A program made the translations under genes and the position numbers. The notes under the pieces are model-generated. The model had not been told where the DNA came from, made no database searches, and saw only the letters and a list, made by a program, of their open reading frames with translations. Below, in pieces: positions 47,857 to 56,984 of a stretch of 64,000 nucleotides of DNA. The DNA is from an uncultured Gemmatimonadales bacterium (GTDB taxonomy: Bacteria > Gemmatimonadota > Gemmatimonadetes > Gemmatimonadales > GWC2-71-9). Within the stretch, counting starts at the first letter, position 1; every line of letters begins with the position of its first letter. The stretch is taken from assembly GCA_963779755.1 (NCBI GenBank), contig CAVZZO010000001.1, forward strand, positions 704,001 to 768,000. The letters are read 5' to 3'.

Positions 47857-48657
47857 TCAGTAGCCGGCCTGCTCCTGAAGCCAGGCATCGAACTTGTCCG
47901 GCGCCATGACATCCAGGTATGCCCGCATGTTGTAGTGCCCCAGCCCGCAGAGCTGGGTACAGACGATCTCGGTGTGCGCCGTCTGCGTGGCGGTGAAATG
48001 GACCGGGATCACCAGGCCGGGCACGAAGTCCTGCTGCAGCCGCAACGCGGGCACAAAGAAATTGTGGCTCACGTCCTTGGCATGCAGGGTCAGCAGCACC
48101 GGTTTGTTCACGGGCACGCCGAGGGAGGCCGTGACGATATCGTCCCGGGCCGCCACGTCGTTGGCCGGATCGAGCCCGAAGAAGTTGTAGTTGCCCTCGT
48201 CGATCAGCTCGGGATGAATGGTGCCGAACTTTCCATCGGGGCCGGGGTAGCGAAAGTAGAAGGCGAACTGTTCCGCCTGGACGTCGATCTGGAGCGCGTC
48301 GGCCGGGGCCGGCGAGAGGTAGATCTGGCTCCAGATCCGGGTGCCGACCAGCGACAGCACGATGATCTCCACGCCGACCAGCGCCGAGGCCAGCACCACC
48401 AGCGGGGTGGCTCCGCCGGGGAAGGTCTTGACCGGCCGGTCGTCCCGTTTGTCGCCATAGCGCCAGACGAACGTGGCCAGCGCCAGCTGGGCCAGCACAA
48501 ACAGCACGCCGGAGGCGATGAGGGTCTCGGTGAGCTGATGGTCGATGCCGGCCCCGGTCGTGGAAATGTCCGGCGGCAGCCACCAGATCCGCGCAATGAA
48601 AATGCCGGTGGATACGACGGTGATGATCGCCAGAACCACCGCGAACAGCTTGCCCAT
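47857..48657 (-). CDS. coxB: Cytochrome c oxidase subunit II (CuA)
   Basis: 2 TM; DVSH...CTQLCGLGHYNM. Confidence 0.92.
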   Translation of the reverse strand: MGKLFAVVLAIITVVSTGIFIARIWWLPPDISTTGAGIDHQLTETLIASGVLFVLAQLALATFVWRYGDKRDDRPVKTFPGGATPLVVLASALVGVEIIVLSLVGTRIWSQIYLSPAPADALQIDVQAEQFAFYFRYPGPDGKFGTIHPELIDEGNYNFFGLDPANDVAARDDIVTASLGVPVNKPVLLTLHAKDVSHNFFVPALRLQQDFVPGLVIPVHFTATQTAHTEIVCTQLCGLGHYNMRAYLDVMAPDKFDAWLQEQAGY

Positions 48658-48688
48658 CAGTCCTCCTCGTCGCAGAGAACCCAGGCGA

Positions 48689-48860
48689 ATCCGCGGACTG
48701 CGCAGATTGCGCGGATATCAGATCGAGGATGTGTCCGTGTCGTGAAACCGCTGAGGCCTGTCCCCGGGCCCATCGAAGATGTCCCGCGCAGGCTACGCAG
48801 ACCGGCGCCCGGCGGGGTGCCAATCTGCGTAGTCTGCGCGATCTGCGTGATCTGCGGATC
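48689..48860. repeat. Single diverged CAGATT-family inverted element inside the operon
   Basis: ATCCGCGGACTGCGCAGATTGCGCGGAT ... ATCTGCGCGATCTGCGTGATCTGCGGATC-type arms. Confidence 0.75.
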
Positions 48861-49578
48861 AGTAGGGCAGTGCCTTGAAGACGAAGTCCGCCGTCGCCGC
48901 GCCGCTGGCCGGGACGGTCACTTCCGCGGTCTGCCGGCCGAACCGCTCATGCCACGCGGTGACGGTGTACTTCCCGGCCGGCAGGCCTTCCAACGAGAAC
49001 TTCCCATCCTTGTCGGTGACCGCGTAGTGCCCGTTGTCGAGCACCACGAAGTAGCCGTGCATCCAGGGATGGATGTTGCATTTCACCGGGATGAACTCCG
49101 GCTTGGCATAGCTGGTCTCGATGGGCGGCGCCCCGGACGGCTGCGACTTGTTCCATTCGGGGTTGGTCTTGGCCAACGGATGGATGTTATGCGACGTCTT
49201 GTCGTTATTCCGGATCTCGAGCGGTTGATTGACCTGCATGACCGCGACGTGGGGGACATACTGGCAGCCCTTCTGGTCGTAGTCGACCTTCTGCGTCGCG
49301 GCCTTGCCGCCGGCGGGGGCGCCGGCCGAGATGTACACTACCACGTTGGCCAGCGTGTTACCCTCGCCCTTCACCACTGTTTCGGTCACGACAGGGGAGG
49401 AGTGCTGGGCCGCGCAGCTGGGCTCCTTGGCCATATCGATCGGATGCATCTTGGGCGGCGTGCCGGTAAAGGTCACCGTCCCGGTAATGGAACCGGCCGC
49501 GGGTGCCGGTGCCGCCGGCGCGCCCAGGGTGGCGGTGAAGAGAATCAGAATGGGTGCAGCAACCTGAAGTGTACGCAT
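48859..49578 (-). CDS. Secreted cupredoxin-like / carboxypeptidase-regulatory-like domain protein
   Basis: Signal peptide; DQKGCQYVPHV, HNIH and CNIHPWM (possible type-1 Cu ligands). Confidence 0.8.
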   Translation of the reverse strand: MRTLQVAAPILILFTATLGAPAAPAPAAGSITGTVTFTGTPPKMHPIDMAKEPSCAAQHSSPVVTETVVKGEGNTLANVVVYISAGAPAGGKAATQKVDYDQKGCQYVPHVAVMQVNQPLEIRNNDKTSHNIHPLAKTNPEWNKSQPSGAPPIETSYAKPEFIPVKCNIHPWMHGYFVVLDNGHYAVTDKDGKFSLEGLPAGKYTVTAWHERFGRQTAEVTVPASGAATADFVFKALPY

Positions 49579-49611
49579 CGTTTGACGTCCCTCGACAGAA
49601 AGTCCGGACTG

Positions 49612-50469
49612 TTAGCGGGTGCCAGCCGACTCCGGTCCGATCGGAGCCAGCTCGTTCTGATGTTGCGGCAGCCAGGCGTGCCAGACCGCGGCCTCAGGCG
49701 TCTGCAGCGGCTGCAGGGTGCGGAGGAAGTGCACCAGATCCCAGGCGTCGGCCGGCTGGATGTAGTCGGCGAACGACGGCATGGGGGTGCCGTCCAGCCC
49801 CGTCATGAAGATCCTGTAGATGTCGCGGTTGGTCGAGCCGCACTTGAAGCGCGGCACACCGGCGGCAAAGTTGTACGGCCGGATCGGCTGGTCCTTGCTG
49901 TCGGTCAGCGTGGAGGCCGAGGGGCCGTCGCCGTGGCCCGCGGGGCCGTGGCACTTCCAGCACTCCAGCTTCTGGAACAGTTCCCGCCCGTGCAGGATGC
50001 TCTCGATCGTCACCGGCGGCTCGGGCGGGATATTGATGGGCGTCCCCGCCGACTCGTGCTGCCAGCGGGGCGAGAAGGTCTTGATGTAGGCGATCAGATC
50101 CACCCGCTTCTGCGAAGGCAGCGGCCGCCACTGGGGCATGTTGGTGGTGACGAAGCCGCGGGTGATCGCGTCGTACAGGTCCTGATCGGTGGGCAGCGTG
50201 CCGCTCGGCGTGGACCGGCACTTGAACGTGGCCTGGGTGAAATCCCGCGGCTTGGGGTCGATCCACATGGCGTTCTCACCCTGGCCGTCGCCATTGGGGC
50301 CGTGACAGCCGATGCAGAACCGCCGGTAATACTTCTTGCCGGCCGCGGCGCTGCCGGTCATGCCGTCTACCTTCGTGACCGCCTGGGCCCGGGCCGCCGT
50401 GGCGCCGGCGGTGGTCAGCACCAGGCCGAGCGCGGCGGTGCAGGCCAGCGTGGAGTACAAGCGACGCAT
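49612..50469 (-). CDS. Diheme c-type cytochrome
   Basis: Signal peptide; CIGCH and CWKCH, each with downstream PR/PY.F and MP axial Met motifs. Confidence 0.88.
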   Translation of the reverse strand: MRRLYSTLACTAALGLVLTTAGATAARAQAVTKVDGMTGSAAAGKKYYRRFCIGCHGPNGDGQGENAMWIDPKPRDFTQATFKCRSTPSGTLPTDQDLYDAITRGFVTTNMPQWRPLPSQKRVDLIAYIKTFSPRWQHESAGTPINIPPEPPVTIESILHGRELFQKLECWKCHGPAGHGDGPSASTLTDSKDQPIRPYNFAAGVPRFKCGSTNRDIYRIFMTGLDGTPMPSFADYIQPADAWDLVHFLRTLQPLQTPEAAVWHAWLPQHQNELAPIGPESAGTR

Positions 50470-50487
50470 CTCAAACCTCCCGGGTGG

Positions 50488-51948
50488 TCAGAAGTCGAAG
50501 TCGAGCCCGAGGAAGACGCTGGTGCTCTTCACCGGCGTCGTGGGCGTCAGGGGGTCGACCCCGGCGCCGTCTCCGCTTAGCGGCATGGTTCCGATCGTCT
50601 TGGTGAAGGAGATCTCACCGATCCAGGCCAGGCCCGCCCGGCTGAACATGATGGGATACCAGCGGTACCCCAGCGTGTAGGCGTCCACGTTGCCCATCTT
50701 GTCGGGGATGCCGGGATCCACCTGCTGCGACATCCGCACCAGCTCGCCCCGCCCGATGAAGACGAACTGCGGGTTCACGTAGTAGTGCGCCTCCAGCAGG
50801 TAGTCGTTCCACTTGGAAGCCTGCGTCCCGGCGCCCAGCGCCGCGTCCGAATGGGCGTGCATGAAGAAGGGGATGAACTCGAGCTGGCCGAGGAAGAGAT
50901 CGCCCACGGCGCCCAGCCGGTAGAAGGTCTTGCCGTCGCTGCCGGTCCCCGGAATCGGCTCGCCGCCCACCGTGATGAACGAGGTCGGCCGCTGGCCCAG
51001 GTACCCGAACACCCCGATCCGGGACACGCCCAGCCGCCCGGCGTCGAAGGCCTGGTCGAAGGTGCCGAAGAAGTCGTAGCCCTGGCTGGTGGTCAGCCCG
51101 GCCTCGCCGTTGGACTGCTCCAGCACGGCGACGCTGGCCCGGGTATAGCTGTTGATCGAATGGCCCAGCCATTCGGCGCCGATCTGGTTCTCGCCCAGGT
51201 CGAACCCGGTGCCGTCGCCCACCGGCGCGAAGTGATAGCCCTGATAGAACCCGCCGTTGTTGGACAGCGTCATGCCGCGCTTCTCGGAGAGCATGTTGTT
51301 CAACTCGAACTTGCCCACCTTGAGGTTGGCCCAGGGCGACTTGAACAGGTTGTTGAAACGGACGAACACGGCCTCGAGCGCCGCGCCCCCGTCTTCGAAG
51401 ACCGGGACGAAACCAAAGGAAATGTTCTTGTAGAGGGTGCCCAGCATGAGGAGGTCTGCCCCGCCGATATCGAAACCCGACTGGGTGACGGTCCGCTCGA
51501 TGGTGCCGCCGGTGCCGTCGTCCACCGGCTGGTTGGTGGTGCGCTCCATGCGCCACTGCGGCGTGGTGCGCACCGCCGCGGGCCAGTAGGCCGGGTTGGT
51601 CCAGATGGGCGAATCCCGCTCGTTGCCCATCTGATACCCGTTGTCCTTGAAGGTCTGCCCGAACTCGTTGAGCTCCGGCCACGCCGTGTGGCAGGCCGAA
51701 CAGGGCAGCCCGTATTTGCGGGCAAAGGCCGGAATGGCGGCATTGCGGTGCACCGCATTCAGTCGGGAAGCGATGTACGCGCGGACCGCGGGGGCGGTGG
51801 CGGACAGCGCTACCGGGGCGGCCACGACGGCCCGCGCCGGAGTGGCGGCGGGAGCGGGGGCAGCAGCGAGTGGGGGGACGGCCGGCGACGCCAGTGCCAG
51901 CGTGCCGAGCAGTCCGAGCGAAAGGCCCTTCGTGAACCACGCCATCAT
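50488..51948 (-). CDS. cyc2: Cyc2-like fused monoheme cytochrome-porin
   Basis: AIPAFARKYGLPCSACHTAWPELNEFGQTFKDNGY signature, then a beta-barrel ending in DFDF; AGGAGG RBS before ATG 51948. Confidence 0.82.
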   Translation of the reverse strand: MMAWFTKGLSLGLLGTLALASPAVPPLAAAPAPAATPARAVVAAPVALSATAPAVRAYIASRLNAVHRNAAIPAFARKYGLPCSACHTAWPELNEFGQTFKDNGYQMGNERDSPIWTNPAYWPAAVRTTPQWRMERTTNQPVDDGTGGTIERTVTQSGFDIGGADLLMLGTLYKNISFGFVPVFEDGGAALEAVFVRFNNLFKSPWANLKVGKFELNNMLSEKRGMTLSNNGGFYQGYHFAPVGDGTGFDLGENQIGAEWLGHSINSYTRASVAVLEQSNGEAGLTTSQGYDFFGTFDQAFDAGRLGVSRIGVFGYLGQRPTSFITVGGEPIPGTGSDGKTFYRLGAVGDLFLGQLEFIPFFMHAHSDAALGAGTQASKWNDYLLEAHYYVNPQFVFIGRGELVRMSQQVDPGIPDKMGNVDAYTLGYRWYPIMFSRAGLAWIGEISFTKTIGTMPLSGDGAGVDPLTPTTPVKSTSVFLGLDFDF

Positions 51949-52192
51949 ACCGCCTCCTGGTGGAAGTACGGCAGGCCGGGACGGGTGCGGAGGACACCGG
52001 AACCCACGGGCAAACCAGCAGCGGCGAAACAGCGCCGCGGTGACGCCAAAAAGCTGACCCGGCGGCAGCTGCGACCAGCCAGGGATCAGGAGGAAACGCC
52101 GAATTGCCTCGACGCGTTGCTCGATATGCTCGGTCTGATCGGAGAGCGGCACGGCGATCAGGGGGGATCGCCGGTCGGAATTATCCAGCGAT

Positions 52193-52221
52193 GAAATACA
52201 AACTGGCGGATTTCTTGTCAA
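52193..52221 (-). promoter_or_regulatory. Candidate sigma70 promoter for the cyc2-cox operon
   Basis: TTGACA-17 nt-TATTTC on the minus strand in an AT-rich patch. Confidence 0.5.
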
Positions 52222-52567
52222 GCAGAAGCTTTACAGCAACCAGCTTGTAACAAATGGTGCAAGGCGACTGAATGGCCGGGAAACAGCGCGTTCCTCTCCC
52301 TGTGGCCGCACGGTCGGGACAGTATCCCCGCACTTCCCGATCGACCTTCTTGCCCGGCTGTCCCCTGACAGGTCCGTAGCCGCGCCGCGAGATCGCCGCC
52401 GCCGGGGATCGACATCGGCCGCGGTAACCACCGGCCCCCCGCGGCTCCCTGCTCCCCATGTCCCGGGACTGGTTCCCATGACTCTTCCTGGGTATTTCTC
52501 AGGTCCGGGCCGCGATGCCTGCCGCAGATGTACGGTCCTTCCTCCACCCGCCTGATCCGGGGGTATT

Positions 52568-54607
52568 ATGCGATTTGCGCCTGTCCTGATGCTTGCCGTT
52601 CTCGCCGCGCCGGCTGCGGCGCAGCAGTCCTCCTCCTGGCCCGCCCGTCCCATCCACCACGACATCCCGATGACCGACATGATCCAGCGGGCGTTCGCCG
52701 CCGGCACGCGGGATTCCAGCGGGAAACCGGGCCCCCACTACTGGCAACTGCACACCGACTATGCCATCCAGGCCAGGTTCGACCCGGCCACCGGGCTGGT
52801 CACCGGCAGCGAGCATGTGACGGTGCAGAACCCGAGCGACAGCGCGCTCAACGCGATCGTGCTGCGCCTGGACCAGAACCTCTTCACGGCCAACGTTCCG
52901 CGGGCCGAGGTGGTCACCCAGATCACCGGCGGTATGCAGCTCAGCCGGTTGCAGGTGAACGGCCAGCCGGTGGATCTCAACCCGCCGCCGCGGCGGCGCC
53001 GGTTCGGCGGCCAGGCGCCCCAGGTAACGCTGGCGGCGTACGATACGTCGCAGACCGTCTCGGTCATCACCCTGCCCGAGCCGGTCGCGGCCCACGGCAG
53101 CTTCACCCTGGACGCCGACTGGACCTTCACCGTGCCCAAGGTGGACTCGGGGACGCGGGGGGTGCGCATGGGCGCCTGGGGCGATTCGCTCTACCAGGTG
53201 GGCCAGTGGTACCCGCGGGTCGCGGTCTACGACGATCTGCGCGGCTGGGACACCGATCCCTACCTCGGCCCCTCGGAGTTCTATAACAACTTCGGCCATT
53301 TCGACGTGAAGCTCGACCTGCCGGCCGGCTGGATCGTCGGCGCCACCGGCACACTCCAGAACCCCGGGGAGGTGCTGACGCCGGCGGTGCGGCAGCGGCT
53401 GTCGCAGGTGCTGGCGGCCGACTCGACCATCCGCATTCTGGGACCCGACGAGTTCGGCCCCGGCAAGGCGACCGCCGCGGGCGAGCGGCTGGTGTGGCAC
53501 TTCACCGCCGACACGGTGGGCGACGTCGCCTGGGCGGCCTCCAACCAGTTCGTGTGGGATGCGACCAATGCCGCCATTCCCGGCGGCTCGAAGATCCCCG
53601 TCTACATCATGTATCTCCCCGGCCACGAGAAACAGTACGCCGCCGCCGGCCCCATCGCGCGGCACGCCCTCGAGTTCTACTCCGGGCTGTGGATGCCCTA
53701 CAGTTTTCCCTCGCTCACCATCGTGGACGGCCCCGAGCTGGGGATGGAATATCCCATGTTCATCATGTCCAGCGCCGGCGCGGCCGATCATGAAATCGGG
53801 CATCAGTGGTGGCCCATGATGGTGGGCACCAACGAGACCTGGTACGGCTTCATGGACGAGGGTTTCAACCAGTACATGAACATCCTGTCCCGCGACGACC
53901 GGATGAGCCGGCCCGCCAATCTCGACGGCTACGGCCAGGCCTACGGCCAGATCAGCGGTAACGAGCGGGAGGCGCCGCTCATGTGGGATGCCAACTACGG
54001 CGGCCCCATGTACTCCTTTCAGGCGTACGGCAAGGCGCCCATGATGCTGTCGATGCTGGGAGGGATCGTGGGAGACACGGCGGTGTGGCGCGCCATGAGC
54101 GGCTACGCCAAAGCCTGGAAATTCAAACACCCCAGCCCCTGGGATTACGCGTTCTATATGGATACCGCGCTGCACCGGGACCTGGGCTGGTTCTGGTACT
54201 ACTGGCTCTTCACCACGGACGCGGTAGACGGCTCGATCCAGGGGGTGAAGACCAGCGGCGGCCGCACCACGGTGACGGTGCGGCAGGCGGGCGAGATGCC
54301 CTCACCGGTAGTGCTGGCGGTGCATTTTGCGCCCCAGGGGCCGGCCATTCGCGCGATGCGCAACGCCACCGTGGTCGATGACTCGACCGCCGTCGTGCGC
54401 TGGCCCGCGAGCGTCTGGTGGAACGGCAGCCGGACCTTCGACGCGACGCTCGATTTCGGGCCCCGGAAGATTGACCGCATCGTGTTCGATCCCCACTGCC
54501 GGTTCCCCGACAACAACGTGGACGACAACACCTGGCCCCGCCAGGCGGCGCCGGCGGATACGGCCCAGGCAAGGGGCCGCTTTGCCGGGCCACAGTGCCG
54601 GGGGTAG
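52568..54607 (+). CDS. M1-family metalloaminopeptidase
   Basis: Signal peptide; GMEYP, HEIGHQWW, MDEG. Confidence 0.88.
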   Translation: MRFAPVLMLAVLAAPAAAQQSSSWPARPIHHDIPMTDMIQRAFAAGTRDSSGKPGPHYWQLHTDYAIQARFDPATGLVTGSEHVTVQNPSDSALNAIVLRLDQNLFTANVPRAEVVTQITGGMQLSRLQVNGQPVDLNPPPRRRRFGGQAPQVTLAAYDTSQTVSVITLPEPVAAHGSFTLDADWTFTVPKVDSGTRGVRMGAWGDSLYQVGQWYPRVAVYDDLRGWDTDPYLGPSEFYNNFGHFDVKLDLPAGWIVGATGTLQNPGEVLTPAVRQRLSQVLAADSTIRILGPDEFGPGKATAAGERLVWHFTADTVGDVAWAASNQFVWDATNAAIPGGSKIPVYIMYLPGHEKQYAAAGPIARHALEFYSGLWMPYSFPSLTIVDGPELGMEYPMFIMSSAGAADHEIGHQWWPMMVGTNETWYGFMDEGFNQYMNILSRDDRMSRPANLDGYGQAYGQISGNEREAPLMWDANYGGPMYSFQAYGKAPMMLSMLGGIVGDTAVWRAMSGYAKAWKFKHPSPWDYAFYMDTALHRDLGWFWYYWLFTTDAVDGSIQGVKTSGGRTTVTVRQAGEMPSPVVLAVHFAPQGPAIRAMRNATVVDDSTAVVRWPASVWWNGSRTFDATLDFGPRKIDRIVFDPHCRFPDNNVDDNTWPRQAAPADTAQARGRFAGPQCRG

Positions 54608-54617
54608 AATGCTCTTT

Positions 54618-54870
54618 AACCGCGAAGACGCCAAGAACGCCAAGGTCTGTTTGTGGAGGAGCGCCTTTAACGCCTCGCCCGCGTCCGGCGTGCCGTTACC
54701 CTGAACCCGCTTTGCGCGCCTCGCGCGTCCCGCCTAAGTGGAAATGCCACCGCATGGACGTCGCGCAATACGTTGGTGGGAGGAGTTTCGTGTCTTGTGC
54801 GACAGGCGAGGGATCGAACGCATTCCCCGCCCATAGGCGCCTTCTTCGCGTGCTTTGCGTCTTCGCGGTT
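54618..54870. repeat. Complete element of the second inverted 9-mer family (~253 bp)
   Basis: AACCGCGAAGACGCCAAGAACGCCAAG ... CTTCGCGTGCTTTGCGTCTTCGCGGTT. Confidence 0.8.
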
Positions 54871-54895
54871 TCATTTCCCTTCCAGAGGAGGCTTG

Positions 54896-56289
54896 ATGCG
54901 CAGATCTGTCTTGGTGTCCGCTATCGTCCCTGGGCTCGTTGCGGCGGCGCTTCACGCCCAGGACCCGGGCGTCGCCGTGCGCCCTTCGACCAGAAGCACG
55001 GCGGCAGCAAGTCGGTACAGCTGGTGGCCCACGTGGTGACCCATCCCGGCGCCTGGAAGGCTGCGGACATCGAGATGGAGCAGGATCCCGGCCGTCCCTA
55101 CGTGTACATCTCCGGCTTCGTCAACAACGACGCGCAGATCTACGACGTGCGCGATCCGGCCCACCCGAAAAAGGTCTTCGACTGGACCATCGAGAACCCC
55201 GAGCTGCACCGCGGCATCGGGGCCATGGACGGGAAGTACTTCAAGGTGGGGAACCGCTATTACTACGCCCAGTCCTGGCAGTTCATGCAGGGAAGCCCCG
55301 ACACCGATCTCGGCGCCATCATCTGGGACGTGACCGGGCTGCCCGATTCCTCGAAGGTGAAAGAGGTGGCGCGGATCCGCTATCCCCAGTCGCCGGGCGG
55401 CTTCCATAATACCTTTGCCTACAAGCACTCCGACGGGCGGGTGCTGTACTTCGCCACCGTCAACCAGCCCTACGCGCTGATCTATGATCTGGGCAAGATC
55501 GTGAGCGGAGCGGATACCAGCACCTGGCTGGTCGGCAAGGTCCCCAACCCCACGCCCTTCCGCCAGATCGGGGCCGGCGGATACCACGACTTCTACGTGG
55601 GCTACGACCCGGCCACCCATCAGGACAAGTTCTACGGCGCCGGGCTGGGCGGCTATTCGGTGTGGGATGTTACCCACCCCGAGCAGCCCACGGCGATGTT
55701 CACCATCACCGGGCTGGGCATGGACATCGCCCATACGTTTACCCCCTCGCCCGACGGGCGCTACGCCGTCACCGAGACGGAATACCAGTACACCCCGCTG
55801 CGGATCTGGGACCTCCAGCCCGGGCAGACGGGCAAGCAGCAGAACCTGGATATCGCCATGAGCGCCTGGGCCGCCGACTGGCGCGACCTCTCCCATAATC
55901 ACGAGGTCCGCTGGCCCTACGTGTTCGTCTCAGCGTACGAGGACGGCTTCCAGGTGTTCGATCTGAAAGACCCCGCAAACCCGAAGACCGACGGCTGGTA
56001 CTTCACCTGCGAATGCCAGCACGAGCACGGCTTCGGCGGGACGCCGGATAACGGCTGGCAGAGCACCACCAGTGTGGAGCAGGGGGCCTTCGGGGTGGAC
56101 GTGCGCAACTCCGACGGGCTCATCGCGCTGTCCGACATGCGCACCGGCCTCTGGCTGTTCCGCCTCAACGGCTTCAAGGGGTGGAACGGAAAGGACGTGG
56201 GCATGCCCAACATCTCCAGCGTGCAGGACTGGGACCACGGCCCGGCGGCCGCCATGACGCCGGCCGGCTCGCCGGGCGGCGGCCGGTGA
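54896..56289 (+). CDS. Secreted LVIVD-repeat-like beta-propeller protein, apparent 1-nt frameshift near 54980
   Basis: GGAGG RBS and signal MRRSVLVSAIV..ALHAQ in one frame; body PFDQKHGG.. with IYDVRDP/VWDVTHP/VFDLKDP repeats in another. Confidence 0.75.
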
Positions 56290-56777
56290 AGCTGTTGGGG
56301 CTCTGGGCGGCGGGACTCCTGGCGTGCGCGCCGGGAGCCGCCGCCGCGCAGAGCGGCCCGTTCGACATTCCGCTCTTCGCCGCCGCACCGGCGCCGGCGG
56401 CGCAGGGCCAGGCGAGGCTGGTCTACGCCGACTCGCCCTTCGGCGTGGCGGTCACCGAGGACGGCCGCGCCAGGTTCGACGTGCAGCTCACCGCCCGCGG
56501 CCTGCCCGATCCGGCCTTCCTCGGCCCCTACCACACCTATGTCGCCTGGGCGGCCACGCCGGACCTGGCCCAGTGGGTGCGGCTGGGGCCCGTCACCAAC
56601 GGCCGCACCACGGTCGGCCCGGTTGAGTTCAACAAGTTTCTCTTCGTCGTGACTGCCGAGCCCGATACCGCGGCCGCCGGCAAGCGGGGGCCGACGGTGC
56701 TGCACGGAACCTCCCCCAGCGGCTGGCTGCAATCCTTCCTCACGCACCCGCTCTTCCGCGGCGTGTCGGCGTACTGA
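56286..56777 (+). CDS. Secreted hypothetical protein
   Basis: GTGA overlap with the upstream stop; signal peptide; SPFGVAVT.DG, YVAWA, VTAE. Confidence 0.75.
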   Translation: MKLLGLWAAGLLACAPGAAAAQSGPFDIPLFAAAPAPAAQGQARLVYADSPFGVAVTEDGRARFDVQLTARGLPDPAFLGPYHTYVAWAATPDLAQWVRLGPVTNGRTTVGPVEFNKFLFVVTAEPDTAAAGKRGPTVLHGTSPSGWLQSFLTHPLFRGVSAY

Positions 56778-56811
56778 TGGTTCCGCTCGCCGTGTGAGCT
56801 CTCCGAAATAG

Positions 56812-56955
56812 AATCCACAGATTACACAGATTACGCAGATTACTGGTGATTGATTTCCGTGATTACTTCAACCCGCAAGCCATCTGGTCGTCGATGCTGG
56901 GAACCCCGCTCAGGGAAGGGGTTAATCTGTATAAATCTGTGTAATCTGTGGATTC
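56812..56955. repeat. Single CAGATTAC-family inverted element
   Basis: AATCCACAGATTACACAGATTACGCAGATT ... AATCTGTATAAATCTGTGTAATCTGTGGATT. Confidence 0.85.
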
Positions 56956-56984
56956 CTCCTCGCGCTCTCGGCGTCCTCGGACTC

